DNA of 18,791 bases from Fibrobacterota bacterium. GTDB taxonomy: Bacteria > Fibrobacterota > Fibrobacteria > UBA11236. The stretch lies in contig JAYUVP010000284.1 of the NCBI GenBank assembly GCA_043753995.1, positions 1-18,791 on the forward strand, written 5' to 3'. The number at the start of each line of letters is the position of its first letter. Position 1 is the first letter of the stretch. The position numbers and the translations under genes were made by a program. Under the pieces are notes generated by a model that saw only the letters and a list, made by a program, of their open reading frames with translations, did no database searches and was not told the DNA's origin. Of the stretch, positions 1 through 8,018 are shown piece by piece.

Positions 1-10
1 GGCCGGAGCC

Positions 11-1480
11 ATGCTGGCCGTGGCCGCTCTCGCGCCGTCAGCCTTTGCCGCCAAGCTGAAGCGACGCATTGCGATTGTCGGTGGCGGCATGGCCGGACTG
101 CATTGCGCTCTGATTCTCAAAGATCATGGCCATGTCGCAACCGTGTACGAGGCTTCCCCGCGCCTGGGCGGGCGAATGTTCAGCAATACTTCCACATGGG
201 ATGAGAAACAGGTCAGCGAGTGGTGCGGCGAACTTATCGATACCGGCCACGAGACCATGCATGGCTTGGCGAAGCGATTCAACCTTAAGCTGGACGATTT
301 GATTAGCGGCCAACCTCCGGGTTCGGAAGACACTTTTTATTTCGGTGGCTCTTATTACCCGGCGAAGCAATTTCAAATCGATATCCAACCGGTGTTAAAG
401 CTCGCGGAAGCCGATCTCAAGGCCGCCAAGTTTCCCACCACCTATAAGCGTTCCAATAAGGCGGGCCGGGCCCTGGATGCCATGAGCATTCGCGGTTGGA
501 TAGAGTCGCGCGTCCCCGGCGGCATGGCTTCTAAGCTTGGGCAATTACTCGACCTGGCTTATGCCACCGAGTATGGAGCCGACACCACCGACCAAAGTTC
601 CTTAAACCTGGTTTTCCTTTTGGCCTATCAACCTGAGAAAGGCGACACGACCGTATTCGGTGTTTCGGACGAGGCCTTTCATATTCGCGGCGGCAATGAA
701 CAATTGCCTCATGCCATGGCGCGTGAAATTGGAAACGAAAACATTCTCACCTCCAGACGCCTCACCGTTTTGCAAAAGCTTAAATCCGGAGCTTATGAAC
801 TCACCTTTTCCAAGCCAGACGGTCTGGAAGAAAAAGTCGAAGCCGATCAAGTGGTTTTGGCTTTGCCCTTTTCAGTCTTGCGCGAAGTGGATCTCAGGCA
901 GGCGGGCTTTGACAAACTCAAAATGCGCGCGATTCGCGAATTGGGCGATGGCCGTAGCGCCAAAACGCAATTGCAATTCGAAAGCCGGATTTGGAATAGC
1001 CCAGGCGCATGGCCTGGGTTAGGCTCGGGATCCACTTATAGCGATACCGGCTATCAATCGACCTGGGAAGTCACGCGCGCGCAACCGGGAAAAAGCGGCG
1101 TTTTGAATTTCTTCTCCGGTGGTTCGGTGGCGGCTGCCCAAAAAATCGTGGCTTCGGGACACCCCTTCACTTCGACAGGCAATGCCCTGGCGCGCCAAGA
1201 TGCTGAAGTCGCGCTGCAAGGGGGCGAAACGGTTTTTCCCGGCTTGACTGCCGCTTGGAAGGGCCGCTTCACGCAAAGCGTGCCGCATTTGCATCCGCTC
1301 ATGCGAGGGTCCTATGCCTATTATCGCGTGGGGCAATACACGGCCTTCGGCGGCTATGAAGGCGTGACGCAAGGCCGGGTTTATTTTTGCGGCGATCACA
1401 CTTCGCAGGACTTTCAAGGCTTTATGGAAGGCGCGGCCTCCGAAGGAGTGCGCGCGGCGAAGGATGTGATGAAGGATTAG
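11..1480 (+). CDS. Flavin monoamine oxidase family FAD-dependent oxidoreductase (Amino_oxidase); probably 5'-truncated by the window edge
   Basis: Rossmann motif RIAIVGGGMAGL, the EASPRLGGR motif and C-terminal FCGDHTS...GFMEGA. The frame is open to the window start (GCC GGA GCC ATG) and the N-terminus looks like the end of a signal peptide (AVAALAPSAFAA), so the true start may be upstream. Confidence 0.9.
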   Translation: MLAVAALAPSAFAAKLKRRIAIVGGGMAGLHCALILKDHGHVATVYEASPRLGGRMFSNTSTWDEKQVSEWCGELIDTGHETMHGLAKRFNLKLDDLISGQPPGSEDTFYFGGSYYPAKQFQIDIQPVLKLAEADLKAAKFPTTYKRSNKAGRALDAMSIRGWIESRVPGGMASKLGQLLDLAYATEYGADTTDQSSLNLVFLLAYQPEKGDTTVFGVSDEAFHIRGGNEQLPHAMAREIGNENILTSRRLTVLQKLKSGAYELTFSKPDGLEEKVEADQVVLALPFSVLREVDLRQAGFDKLKMRAIRELGDGRSAKTQLQFESRIWNSPGAWPGLGSGSTYSDTGYQSTWEVTRAQPGKSGVLNFFSGGSVAAAQKIVASGHPFTSTGNALARQDAEVALQGGETVFPGLTAAWKGRFTQSVPHLHPLMRGSYAYYRVGQYTAFGGYEGVTQGRVYFCGDHTSQDFQGFMEGAASEGVRAAKDVMKD

Positions 1481-1506
1481 CGCCGGTCTCAAAACTCCTT
1501 TTGCAG
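1478..1506. mobile_element. Solo left end of the MITE family seen at 9078-9241
   Basis: TAGCGCCGGTCTCAAAACTCCTTTTGCAG matches 9077-9105 (TAGAGCCGGTCTCAAAACTCCTTTTGCAG) at 28/29 positions. It overlaps the oxidase TAG stop. Confidence 0.75.
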
Positions 1507-1587
1507 TCGCCGGTGGGGAAGGCGAGGCCGACCGTGCTTGCAGGGCAAAGCGGGCCGAGCCGGGGGGAGGTGGAACCACCCCCGAAA
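1506..1587. repeat. GC-rich REP-like intergenic repeat, copy 1 (82 bp)
   Basis: Colinear with 4906-4987 with 7 differences by manual count. Ends in a GGGGG...CCCCC hairpin just before the stop of a minus-strand gene. Confidence 0.9.
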
Positions 1588-1590
1588 AAA

Positions 1591-3498
1591 CTATCTGATT
1601 TTGTCCACGGTTCGGTGCAGCAATACGGTTTCCCTTCCCCGGATATCCCAAAGTTTCAAATTCAACTTCCTCCTCTGCCGAGGAGGGATGGCGATGTTTG
1701 GATTGTGTTGAGGGGCTCGAATACCTGTGGTTATTTCAGACAAGGAGCGTTTCCACACACCCCCTATCCAGGTTCCCGCATAGAGATGGGAGTCGTGAAT
1801 AGCAAGAGCAAAAACCCTGGAATGAGTCAAGCCCGTATTGACCTCGACCCAAGAATTGCCGCTGTCCCGGGACAGGAAAACTCCATTGCTATCCGTTCCC
1901 GCGAAGAGGCTGGAGCCACTGATGGCAAGGGTATTGATATAAGGATCCGTTAGACCTTGATTGACTTGGGTCCAAGAATTGCCGTTGTCCTGGGAACGGA
2001 AAACACCGCCGTTACGGGTTCCTGCGAAGAGGTTGGAACCGCTGACAGCAAGGGTTCGGACATTGGTTTTCGTCAATCCATTATTCACTGGAGTCCAGGA
2101 ATCGCCATTGTCCTGGGAGCGGAAAACGCCGCCGCGCTCGGTTCCCGCAAAGAGATGGGAATCCTTGGCTGCAAAATCAAAAATCAGGCTATTCGGCAAA
2201 CCGTTGTTCATGGGGGTCCAGGATTTACCGCTGTCTTGTGAACGAAATGCGCCGCTATAAGTTCCTGCAAAGAGATCGGAACTATGGACGAAAAGGGTAT
2301 AGACACGGGGAGCGGTCAATCCATTATTGACCGGTGTCCAGGAGTTGCCATCCTGGGAGCGGAATACACCTTCGTTTTCGGTGCCTACATAAATATGGGA
2401 TCCGCTTACAGCCAAAGCCTGGATATAGGTATTCGCTAAGCCAGTATTACCCTGGGCCCAGGAATCGCCGCTGTCCTGGGAGCGGTATACGCCGCCACGA
2501 TCCGCACCTGCTAATAATTGATCACCACGGACAGCCAAAGCGAGAATAGTGGTATTGGTTAAACCGGTATTGGCTTGGGCCCAAGTATTGCCGTTGTCCT
2601 GGGAGCGGTACACGCCATTGCCGTCGGTTCCGGCGAATAGATTGGACGCGATCGCAGCGAGGGCGGTGACATTGGTATTGGATAATCCAGTGTTGATCTG
2701 CTTCCAGGAATTTCCGCTGTCCTGAGAACGGTATATCCCATTGCCATAGTTACCGAGTACGAGATCATTGCCATGGATACCGAGGGCATTGGCACCCAGA
2801 CCCGCCAATCCGATATTGACTTGGGTCCAGGAATCGCCATCATCCTGGGAACGGAATACGCCACCGGTCACAGATCCGACGAAAAGAATAGTCCCATGGA
2901 CAGCAAACACATCGGCGTCAATACTCTTGAGTTCATTGTAGACGGGAGACCAGGAATTGCCATTGTCTTGGGAGCGGAATAAGCCGCCCGAAGTTCCTGC
3001 AAAGAGATTCGAGCCGGTGGCGGCAAGGGCCTCGACATAGAAACCGGTCAAACCGGTATTCACTTCGGACCAGGAATTGCCATTGTCTTGCGAACGGAAA
3101 ATGCCGGCCTCCGTTCCTGCAAAAAAAGCGGTGCCAAGGGTGGCGAAGGCAAAAATTCTGGTACTGGTCAATCCGCTGTTGACGGGGGACCAGGTTTTGC
3201 CGTCATTCTGCGAGCGGAATACGCCGCCGCCAAAGGTTCCTGCAAAGAGATTGGAACCACTTACACCTAAGGCTCGGACTTCGGTATTCGTCATGCCCAA
3301 GTTGGACTGGGTCCAGGATTTGCCGCTGTCCTCGGACCGGTATACACCGCCATAACGCGTCCCCGCATAGAGCCTGGAGCCGCTGACTGCGAAGCAGTTG
3401 ATGCTGCCACCCTCAGGCCCATGGGTTTGCACCCATTCAGCACGAACCAAGGTGGCGGCGAGGAATATCAAGGCGATAAGGCGGAAGAAGCTGGACAT
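1591..3498 (-). CDS. Secreted BNR/Asp-box repeat beta-propeller protein (about 14 blades) with a short C-terminal tail
   Basis: ATG at 3498 follows a GAGGG SD and starts a signal peptide (MSSFFRLIALIFLAATLVRA). There are 13 Asp-box motifs (S-x-D-x-G-x-S/T-W) in ~42-aa repeats plus a final LYAGT..GGVWKR blade. The tail is TTGIR...LWDIRGR. Confidence 0.88.
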   Translation of the reverse strand: MSSFFRLIALIFLAATLVRAEWVQTHGPEGGSINCFAVSGSRLYAGTRYGGVYRSEDSGKSWTQSNLGMTNTEVRALGVSGSNLFAGTFGGGVFRSQNDGKTWSPVNSGLTSTRIFAFATLGTAFFAGTEAGIFRSQDNGNSWSEVNTGLTGFYVEALAATGSNLFAGTSGGLFRSQDNGNSWSPVYNELKSIDADVFAVHGTILFVGSVTGGVFRSQDDGDSWTQVNIGLAGLGANALGIHGNDLVLGNYGNGIYRSQDSGNSWKQINTGLSNTNVTALAAIASNLFAGTDGNGVYRSQDNGNTWAQANTGLTNTTILALAVRGDQLLAGADRGGVYRSQDSGDSWAQGNTGLANTYIQALAVSGSHIYVGTENEGVFRSQDGNSWTPVNNGLTAPRVYTLFVHSSDLFAGTYSGAFRSQDSGKSWTPMNNGLPNSLIFDFAAKDSHLFAGTERGGVFRSQDNGDSWTPVNNGLTKTNVRTLAVSGSNLFAGTRNGGVFRSQDNGNSWTQVNQGLTDPYINTLAISGSSLFAGTDSNGVFLSRDSGNSWVEVNTGLTHSRVFALAIHDSHLYAGTWIGGVWKRSLSEITTGIRAPQHNPNIAIPPRQRRKLNLKLWDIRGRETVLLHRTVDKIR

Positions 3499-3655
3499 AT
3501 TCCCTCGCGGCACGAATAAAGGCACAAATAATTTTGGTTGACGCAGTTAAAGGATAGCTAGAGTAAATCGAAACGCAGGATCCATCCATCCGACAACTCG
3601 TATTATTCGATCAAGTTGTTCGCGTCCTTCACCGAACAAATGGTAAAGTTCATTC

Positions 3656-4153
3656 ATGTTGAATCCATTCGTGCCGATGGCAGCCCATCGCTGGCGAACA
3701 CGGTTCGTCCTGATCCCCAGCTTCGCTTTTCTCTGCCTGATACTCGCCGGGTGCGGCTTGCTATTCTGCAAGGAAAGGGAAACCTACCTGAAATTTACCA
3801 TCCAGCTTCAAGATGGGCGCTTCGGTAAAAAGTTCCATAAAAAGAAATTCGACATTGTGAGCATACTCATGATTCGGTGCGACACGTCAACCGCTTCACG
3901 CATTCGCTCTTTCCCGTATGACTCCACTAAGGGAGTCAACCTGGGGACTTTGAAATTGTACTTGAAAGGAAATTTGGTTTATCAACAGGCAATACAACAT
4001 CGCAATTATGCGATGAACTGGCCGCACTTTTTCGGAGTTGCCAATACAGGATACGACACCCTGAAAGTGGACAGCCTGGAGATCGTGAATGCTTCGGAAC
4101 TCCTCAATGGCCTCGAAGCCGAGCTTCTCCATTTCAATAAATGCATGTGTTGA
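3656..4153 (+). CDS. Hypothetical protein, putative lipoprotein
   Basis: 165-aa ORF with a basic N-region, a hydrophobic stretch and a lipobox-like LAGC. Alternative start at ATG 3677. No family recognised. Confidence 0.5.
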   Translation: MLNPFVPMAAHRWRTRFVLIPSFAFLCLILAGCGLLFCKERETYLKFTIQLQDGRFGKKFHKKKFDIVSILMIRCDTSTASRIRSFPYDSTKGVNLGTLKLYLKGNLVYQQAIQHRNYAMNWPHFFGVANTGYDTLKVDSLEIVNASELLNGLEAELLHFNKCMC

Positions 4154-4250
4154 CGCAATCCGTCCTGTAACCCCATAAAATTGGCTAAAAGAGGCATCAA
4201 AGTATGTTTTTTGGAGTCGGTAATTCCAAAATGCATGTGTAATTGGAGTT

Positions 4251-4512
4251 ATGTACTTCAGAATGAATACTGTTATTCCCGGCAAAAGTTTGTTTTTGTT
4301 GGGGCCTCGGGGTACAGGGAAAACCACTTGGGCCACGCGTAGGCTGGCGAATCATCCCAAGTTTTATTTCTTCGACGTGGGCGTCTTCCGAACTTTGCGC
4401 CTTTGAAGTGAAATCAGGATCACGTATTCGAGACGATGCTTTTACGGGATTAAAATCTTTCGCGAAAGATTATCCCGAGGCAAGGCGGGTGAGGTTCGCT
4501 GAAAACATTTAG
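4251..4512 (+). pseudogene. Internally deleted AAA_14/DUF4143 ATPase remnant
   Basis: Manual translation of 4251-4406 gives MYFRMNTVIPGKSLFLLGPRGTGKTTWATRRLANHPKFYFFDVGVFRTLRL*, a Walker A joined directly to the PKFYFFDVG motif. A shifted frame at 4399-4512 gives AFEVKSGSRIRDDAFTGLKSFAKDYPEARR..., the family's C-terminal EVK segment. Confidence 0.8.
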
Positions 4513-4720
4513 TTAGGAAGGAAATTTTCACAACCATTGTAAAAATTGATGACTTTTTGGTCATGAAAAAATATTTGCAGTCGGTACATTTATCCGTTTC
4601 GGATTTAGTGTTCGGCAATCTTTCCGATAGTGAGGATATAAAACCCAACTAAGGAAGGCTGATATCCATGCCCTCCAATTCTCGAAGCTTGGTCAATAAT
4701 TCTTCACGCGATATTATCAT
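4442..4720 (-). pseudogene. Possible degraded AT-rich ORF with an internal stop
   Basis: AGGA SD then ATG at 4720: MIISREELLTKLRELEGMDISLP*, continuing in frame into the 4442-4648 ORF (LGFISSLSER...). No family recognised. Confidence 0.3.
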
Positions 4721-4905
4721 TTCAAAATCCTAGTATTTTTAATATAAGCGCTATCTGAACAACTCTTAGACTGCGGTAATTGGCCAAACCATCACGTCTT
4801 TGCTCATGGGATTCAGATCGCGTGGTGTAAAGAACCGGCTCTAGTCAAGAAGCGCCTATGCCAAGTGGCAAATACCAACATGTGACTAGATGATTTTGAC
4901 AGAGC

Positions 4906-4987
4906 GTCGCCGGTGGGGAAGGCGAGGCCGACCGTGCTGGCAGGGCATTGCGGGCCGAGCCGGGGGGCGGAAGAACCGCCCCCGAAA
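4906..4987. repeat. GC-rich REP-like intergenic repeat, copy 2 (82 bp)
   Basis: Direct repeat of 1506-1587 with a perfect 8-bp terminal stem GGGGGCGG-AAGAA-CCGCCCCC, 6 nt from the CDGSH gene stop. Confidence 0.9.
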
Positions 4988-4993
4988 CAAGAA

Positions 4994-5197
4994 CTAAGCC
5001 GCAGTCACTTCGGATTGAAAGCCGGCAGCCTTGTGGCCGCCATCGCAAAAGGGCTTTTTGCTGCTGGCTCCGCAACGGCAGAGAAAGGCGCTTTTTCCGG
5101 CTTCAATGGTGTAGGCCTGGCCTTTGCCATCAGCGACGGTGAAGGGTCCTTCGACCTTGAGGGGACCGTGGGGCAGAACCGTGATTTGAGTAGACAT
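4994..5197 (-). CDS. CDGSH iron-sulfur domain protein (67 aa)
   Basis: Motif LCRCGASSKKPFCDGGH and N-terminal ITVLPHGPLKVEG. ATG at 5197 with a GGAG SD. Confidence 0.92.
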   Translation of the reverse strand: MSTQITVLPHGPLKVEGPFTVADGKGQAYTIEAGKSAFLCRCGASSKKPFCDGGHKAAGFQSEVTAA

Positions 5198-5400
5198 GGC
5201 TTCTCCGGGAGGAGGCGATCCAAATGGCGCGCCTTTTATAATCAATACATTAATCGTTTAAACGGATATATGCAAGGTGGATGGCCTTAAATTCCTGGAT
5301 TGGGTCGTGTAACCCCCGTTTTTTTGGTTATTTTTGCCGGTTCGCGGCCTCACATGGCCTTGATCGTTTCTGAAACAACGGCTTTTTCCAGGCAGCAACT

Positions 5401-6465
5401 ATGCTCGATTTTCTCCTCCTTCCTTGGGTCCTACTCGCCATAAAGATGGGAGTGGCGGTGGCCATTGTGATGAGCGCCGTGCCCATGCTGGTGTGGATGG
5501 AGCGCAAGGTTTCGGCCCGTTTTCAGCGCCGCATTGGGCCCAATCGCGTGGGACCTTTCGGACTTTTACAGAGCATTGCCGATGCGATTAAGCTGCTTTT
5601 TAAGGAAGACATTTTTCCCCGCTCGACGGACAAAATCATTTTCTTGGCCGCTCCTATCATGGCCTTTGTGCCGGGCGTCTTGTCTTTCGCCTTGATTCCG
5701 GTGGGTCGCGCCAGCGGCTTTGAGGCACTGGGCCCGAATGGCGTGCTTTCGGTGAGTTATATCGAAATGGGTTTGCTTTTGTTCATGACGGTGTCTTCGA
5801 TTTCATCTTATGGATTGGCCTTCGCGGGCTGGGCTAGCAACAATCAATACTCTCTGCTCGGCGGTGTGCGCTCGGCGGCTCAGCTTATCAGCTATGAAGT
5901 GGTGATGGGCCTTTCGGTGCTGAGCCTGGTCATGATGACGGGCACCTTGAATCTCGCCACCATCGTCTCGCAACAAGAAGCGGGCCTCTGGTATTTGTTT
6001 CGCCAGCCTCTCACCTTTTTGCTTTTCCTGGTGGCGGCTTTCGCCGAAACCAATCGCGCGCCTTTCGACCTTCCCGAAGCCGAGCAAGAATTGGTGGGCG
6101 GCTATCACACGGAATACACGGGCATGCGCTATGCTTGGTTCATGCTCGGCGAATATGCGGGCTTGTGGACCATGTGCTCGATTCTCACCACCCTCTTTCT
6201 TGGCGGCTGGACCTTACCCTGGGTTTCTGAAGCCTTGAAGTCCACGCCTTGGTTCGTTGAAGCTTTGGCTTGCTTGGGCATTTTCCTTGGCAAGGTGGTC
6301 TTCCTGGTGTTTTGCTTCATGTGGGTGCGCTGGACCATGCCCCGCTTTCGCTGGGATCAGCTGATGCGCCTGGGCTGGACCACTCTCATTCCCATCGGCC
6401 TCGCGAATATTCTCCTGACCGCCGTCCTCATTCAATTCGTCGGAGGCGCCCTTTATGGTCGTTGA
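5401..6465 (+). CDS. nuoH: NADH-quinone oxidoreductase subunit H
   Basis: ERKVSARFQRRIGPNRVGPFGLLQSIADAIKLLFKE, AETNRAPFDLPEAEQELVGGYHTEY and PRFRWDQLM motifs, with multiple TM helices. Confidence 0.97.
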   Translation: MLDFLLLPWVLLAIKMGVAVAIVMSAVPMLVWMERKVSARFQRRIGPNRVGPFGLLQSIADAIKLLFKEDIFPRSTDKIIFLAAPIMAFVPGVLSFALIPVGRASGFEALGPNGVLSVSYIEMGLLLFMTVSSISSYGLAFAGWASNNQYSLLGGVRSAAQLISYEVVMGLSVLSLVMMTGTLNLATIVSQQEAGLWYLFRQPLTFLLFLVAAFAETNRAPFDLPEAEQELVGGYHTEYTGMRYAWFMLGEYAGLWTMCSILTTLFLGGWTLPWVSEALKSTPWFVEALACLGIFLGKVVFLVFCFMWVRWTMPRFRWDQLMRLGWTTLIPIGLANILLTAVLIQFVGGALYGR

Positions 6466-6949
6466 AACCCCCAAGTCCGCCGCGAGCCCCAAGCGCGTCA
6501 ATCCCGTGGTGAAACTGGCCTGGGCCACGCGCCTGTATTTGCCTCTCCTCAAGGGTATGCTCGTAGGCCTGCGCGAATTCGCACGCAAGCCGGTGACCTT
6601 TCATTATCCCGAGCAAAAGCCCAAGGTCAGCGAACGATATCGCGGCGAGCATCGCCTGACCAAGGACGCCAATGGTCACATGAAATGCGTGGCCTGCTAT
6701 ATGTGCGCCACGGCCTGCCCAGCGCAATGCATCCATATCGAAGCGCAAGCGGCCCCGCCCGAGCCCGAATGGGAAGGACGCGATAAGATTCCGCGCACTT
6801 TCGAAATCGACATGCTCAAATGCATTTACTGCGGTTATTGCGTGGAGGCCTGCCCCAAGGAGGCCATTGAAATGACGAATAAGTGGCCGCGCGTTTATGA
6901 CAATCGCCAGGATTTCATTTACGGCATGGATAAGCTGCTGAACAATTAG
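6455..6949 (+). CDS. nuoI: NADH-quinone oxidoreductase subunit I
   Basis: TFHYPEQK..RYRGEH and two 4Fe-4S motifs (CVACYMCATACP, CIYCGYCVEACP). Overlaps the end of nuoH. Confidence 0.95.
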   Translation: MVVETPKSAASPKRVNPVVKLAWATRLYLPLLKGMLVGLREFARKPVTFHYPEQKPKVSERYRGEHRLTKDANGHMKCVACYMCATACPAQCIHIEAQAAPPEPEWEGRDKIPRTFEIDMLKCIYCGYCVEACPKEAIEMTNKWPRVYDNRQDFIYGMDKLLNN

Positions 6950-6964
6950 GGGCGGGCCGACGCT

Positions 6965-7867
6965 TCACGCCAAGATATTCAGCGAACCGCCGATGATTCC
7001 AAGCGCCCGACTTCCGGTGGCCGCATTATTTGGATTCTCCGTTCCCTGATTGGGTGAGTTTTCACGCCCCGATCCCTGGCCAGGATTGGTTCCGTCGCCT
7101 AGGCCCGAGCGATTCGTCGACGTCTTATCCAGCGTATCGCTTTGGGAAACCGTCCGCACTTGAATGATGGCGTCATTGAAATCCTTGTCGCCGCCACCCC
7201 CTAAATCTTCGAAACCGATTTGCATGCCCTCGGAATTGGAGGTGACTTGGGCATGTTCGAAATTATCCGCGTTCTGTGACGCCGATCCCGTACGGAAAAA
7301 TTGACCTTGCCCATTGTCAATGCCGAAATCGATTTGGGTGCCCGCTTTGAAAGTGCCGATATTGTAGGAACCGGTATTATTATCAACACCGATATAATTG
7401 CGCGTGGCGAAATTGTCCGAGGTCCAGAAAATCTTGTTGTTGTAGCCCGAGTCGGAATTCTTGATGTCGACGATCACCTGGGTGCCCGGTTCAGCAGACG
7501 CCTTTGAGACTGACGTCGCGGGAGTCTCCTCGGCCTTTTTCTCATTCACCTGGGTTTTCGGCTCGATATGTTCTTTACCTTCGGTGCCCTTCACCGCGCC
7601 ATTATTGTTCACAGGTGTTGTTTCCATGGGTGGCGTCATGACAGGCGGCTTCGTCTCGACAGGCGGCTTCTGGATGGGTGGTGTTTTTGTGGGCGGAGCT
7701 TTGGCCGGTGGAGCTTTAGAAGGTGGTGGGGCTTTGGGTGCAACTTTGACCGGCGGAGCCGCTTTTTTTACCGCAGTTTTGGCCTTGGGTGGCTTGGATG
7801 GACTAGCCATAACGACAACGGCGGCGGGGGTGACCTTGGACGCGAAGTCCTGAACTGACGCGGTCAT
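6965..7867 (-). CDS. DUF4114-like domain protein with a Pro/Lys/Ala-rich N-terminal stalk
   Basis: Acidic motif IGFEDLGGGGDKDFNDAIIQV, KAPP/TKPP low-complexity repeats, AAGGAG SD before ATG 7867, and no hydrophobic signal peptide. Confidence 0.78.
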   Translation of the reverse strand: MTASVQDFASKVTPAAVVVMASPSKPPKAKTAVKKAAPPVKVAPKAPPPSKAPPAKAPPTKTPPIQKPPVETKPPVMTPPMETTPVNNNGAVKGTEGKEHIEPKTQVNEKKAEETPATSVSKASAEPGTQVIVDIKNSDSGYNNKIFWTSDNFATRNYIGVDNNTGSYNIGTFKAGTQIDFGIDNGQGQFFRTGSASQNADNFEHAQVTSNSEGMQIGFEDLGGGGDKDFNDAIIQVRTVSQSDTLDKTSTNRSGLGDGTNPGQGSGRENSPNQGTENPNNAATGSRALGIIGGSLNILA

Positions 7868-7871
7868 GTGA

Positions 7872-7894
7872 TCTCCTTTGAAAAATCAAGGAGA
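7872..7894 (-). promoter_or_regulatory. RBS-sequestering hairpin (putative riboswitch expression platform)
   Basis: The minus strand reads UCUCCUUGA-UUUU-UCAAAGGAGA, which pairs over the AAGGAG SD just upstream of the AUG. Confidence 0.65.
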
Positions 7895-7932
7895 CGCAGA
7901 GCGTTCGGATGAAGGGGTTATTTCTCCAACCC

Positions 7933-8015
7933 ATTCAGCAACCCGGCGAGCATAGAGTATTCCTCTTTAGCCCCGTAGCTTTGCGTCCCCAACTTTCGTT
8001 GGGTTTGCCAATGCT
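7933..8015 (-). ncRNA. c-di-GMP-I (GEMM-I) riboswitch aptamer
   Basis: The minus strand reads GGCAAACCCAAC-GAAA-GUUGGGGACGCAAAGCUACGGGGCUAAAGAGGAAUACUCUAUGCUCGCCGGGUUGCUGA. It shows the GCAAA..GNRA..GACGCAAAGC core and the CUAA/AUG tetraloop receptor. Equivalents of Vc2 G20, A47 and C92 are present by manual alignment. Confidence 0.93.
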
Positions 8016-8018
8016 CTC

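Noticed and set aside
1019..1953. Overlapping 210-aa and 188-aa ORFs, and similar ORFs at 4845-5290 and 8973-9330
   Set aside because: Shadow frames running through GC-rich repeats and real genes. Their shared peptides simply reflect the DNA repeats.
1591..3400. Regularly spaced DNA repeats as a CRISPR array
   Set aside because: They are in-frame coding repeats (~126 bp) of the propeller protein, with no unique spacers and no cas genes.
3547..3657. Short minus-strand ORF MNELYHLFGEGREQLDRII...
   Set aside because: Only 36 aa from its ATG, with no recognisable family. It may be a relic but cannot be supported.
3896..4336. 146-aa minus-strand ORF
   Set aside because: Antisense shadow of the lipoprotein ORF and the AAA pseudogene. 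VVFPVPRGP is the reverse of the Walker A codons.
4840..4890. TCTAGTCA...TGACTAGA inverted repeat as a tiny mobile element or ncRNA
   Set aside because: Only 8-bp arms and a single copy, so it could be chance.
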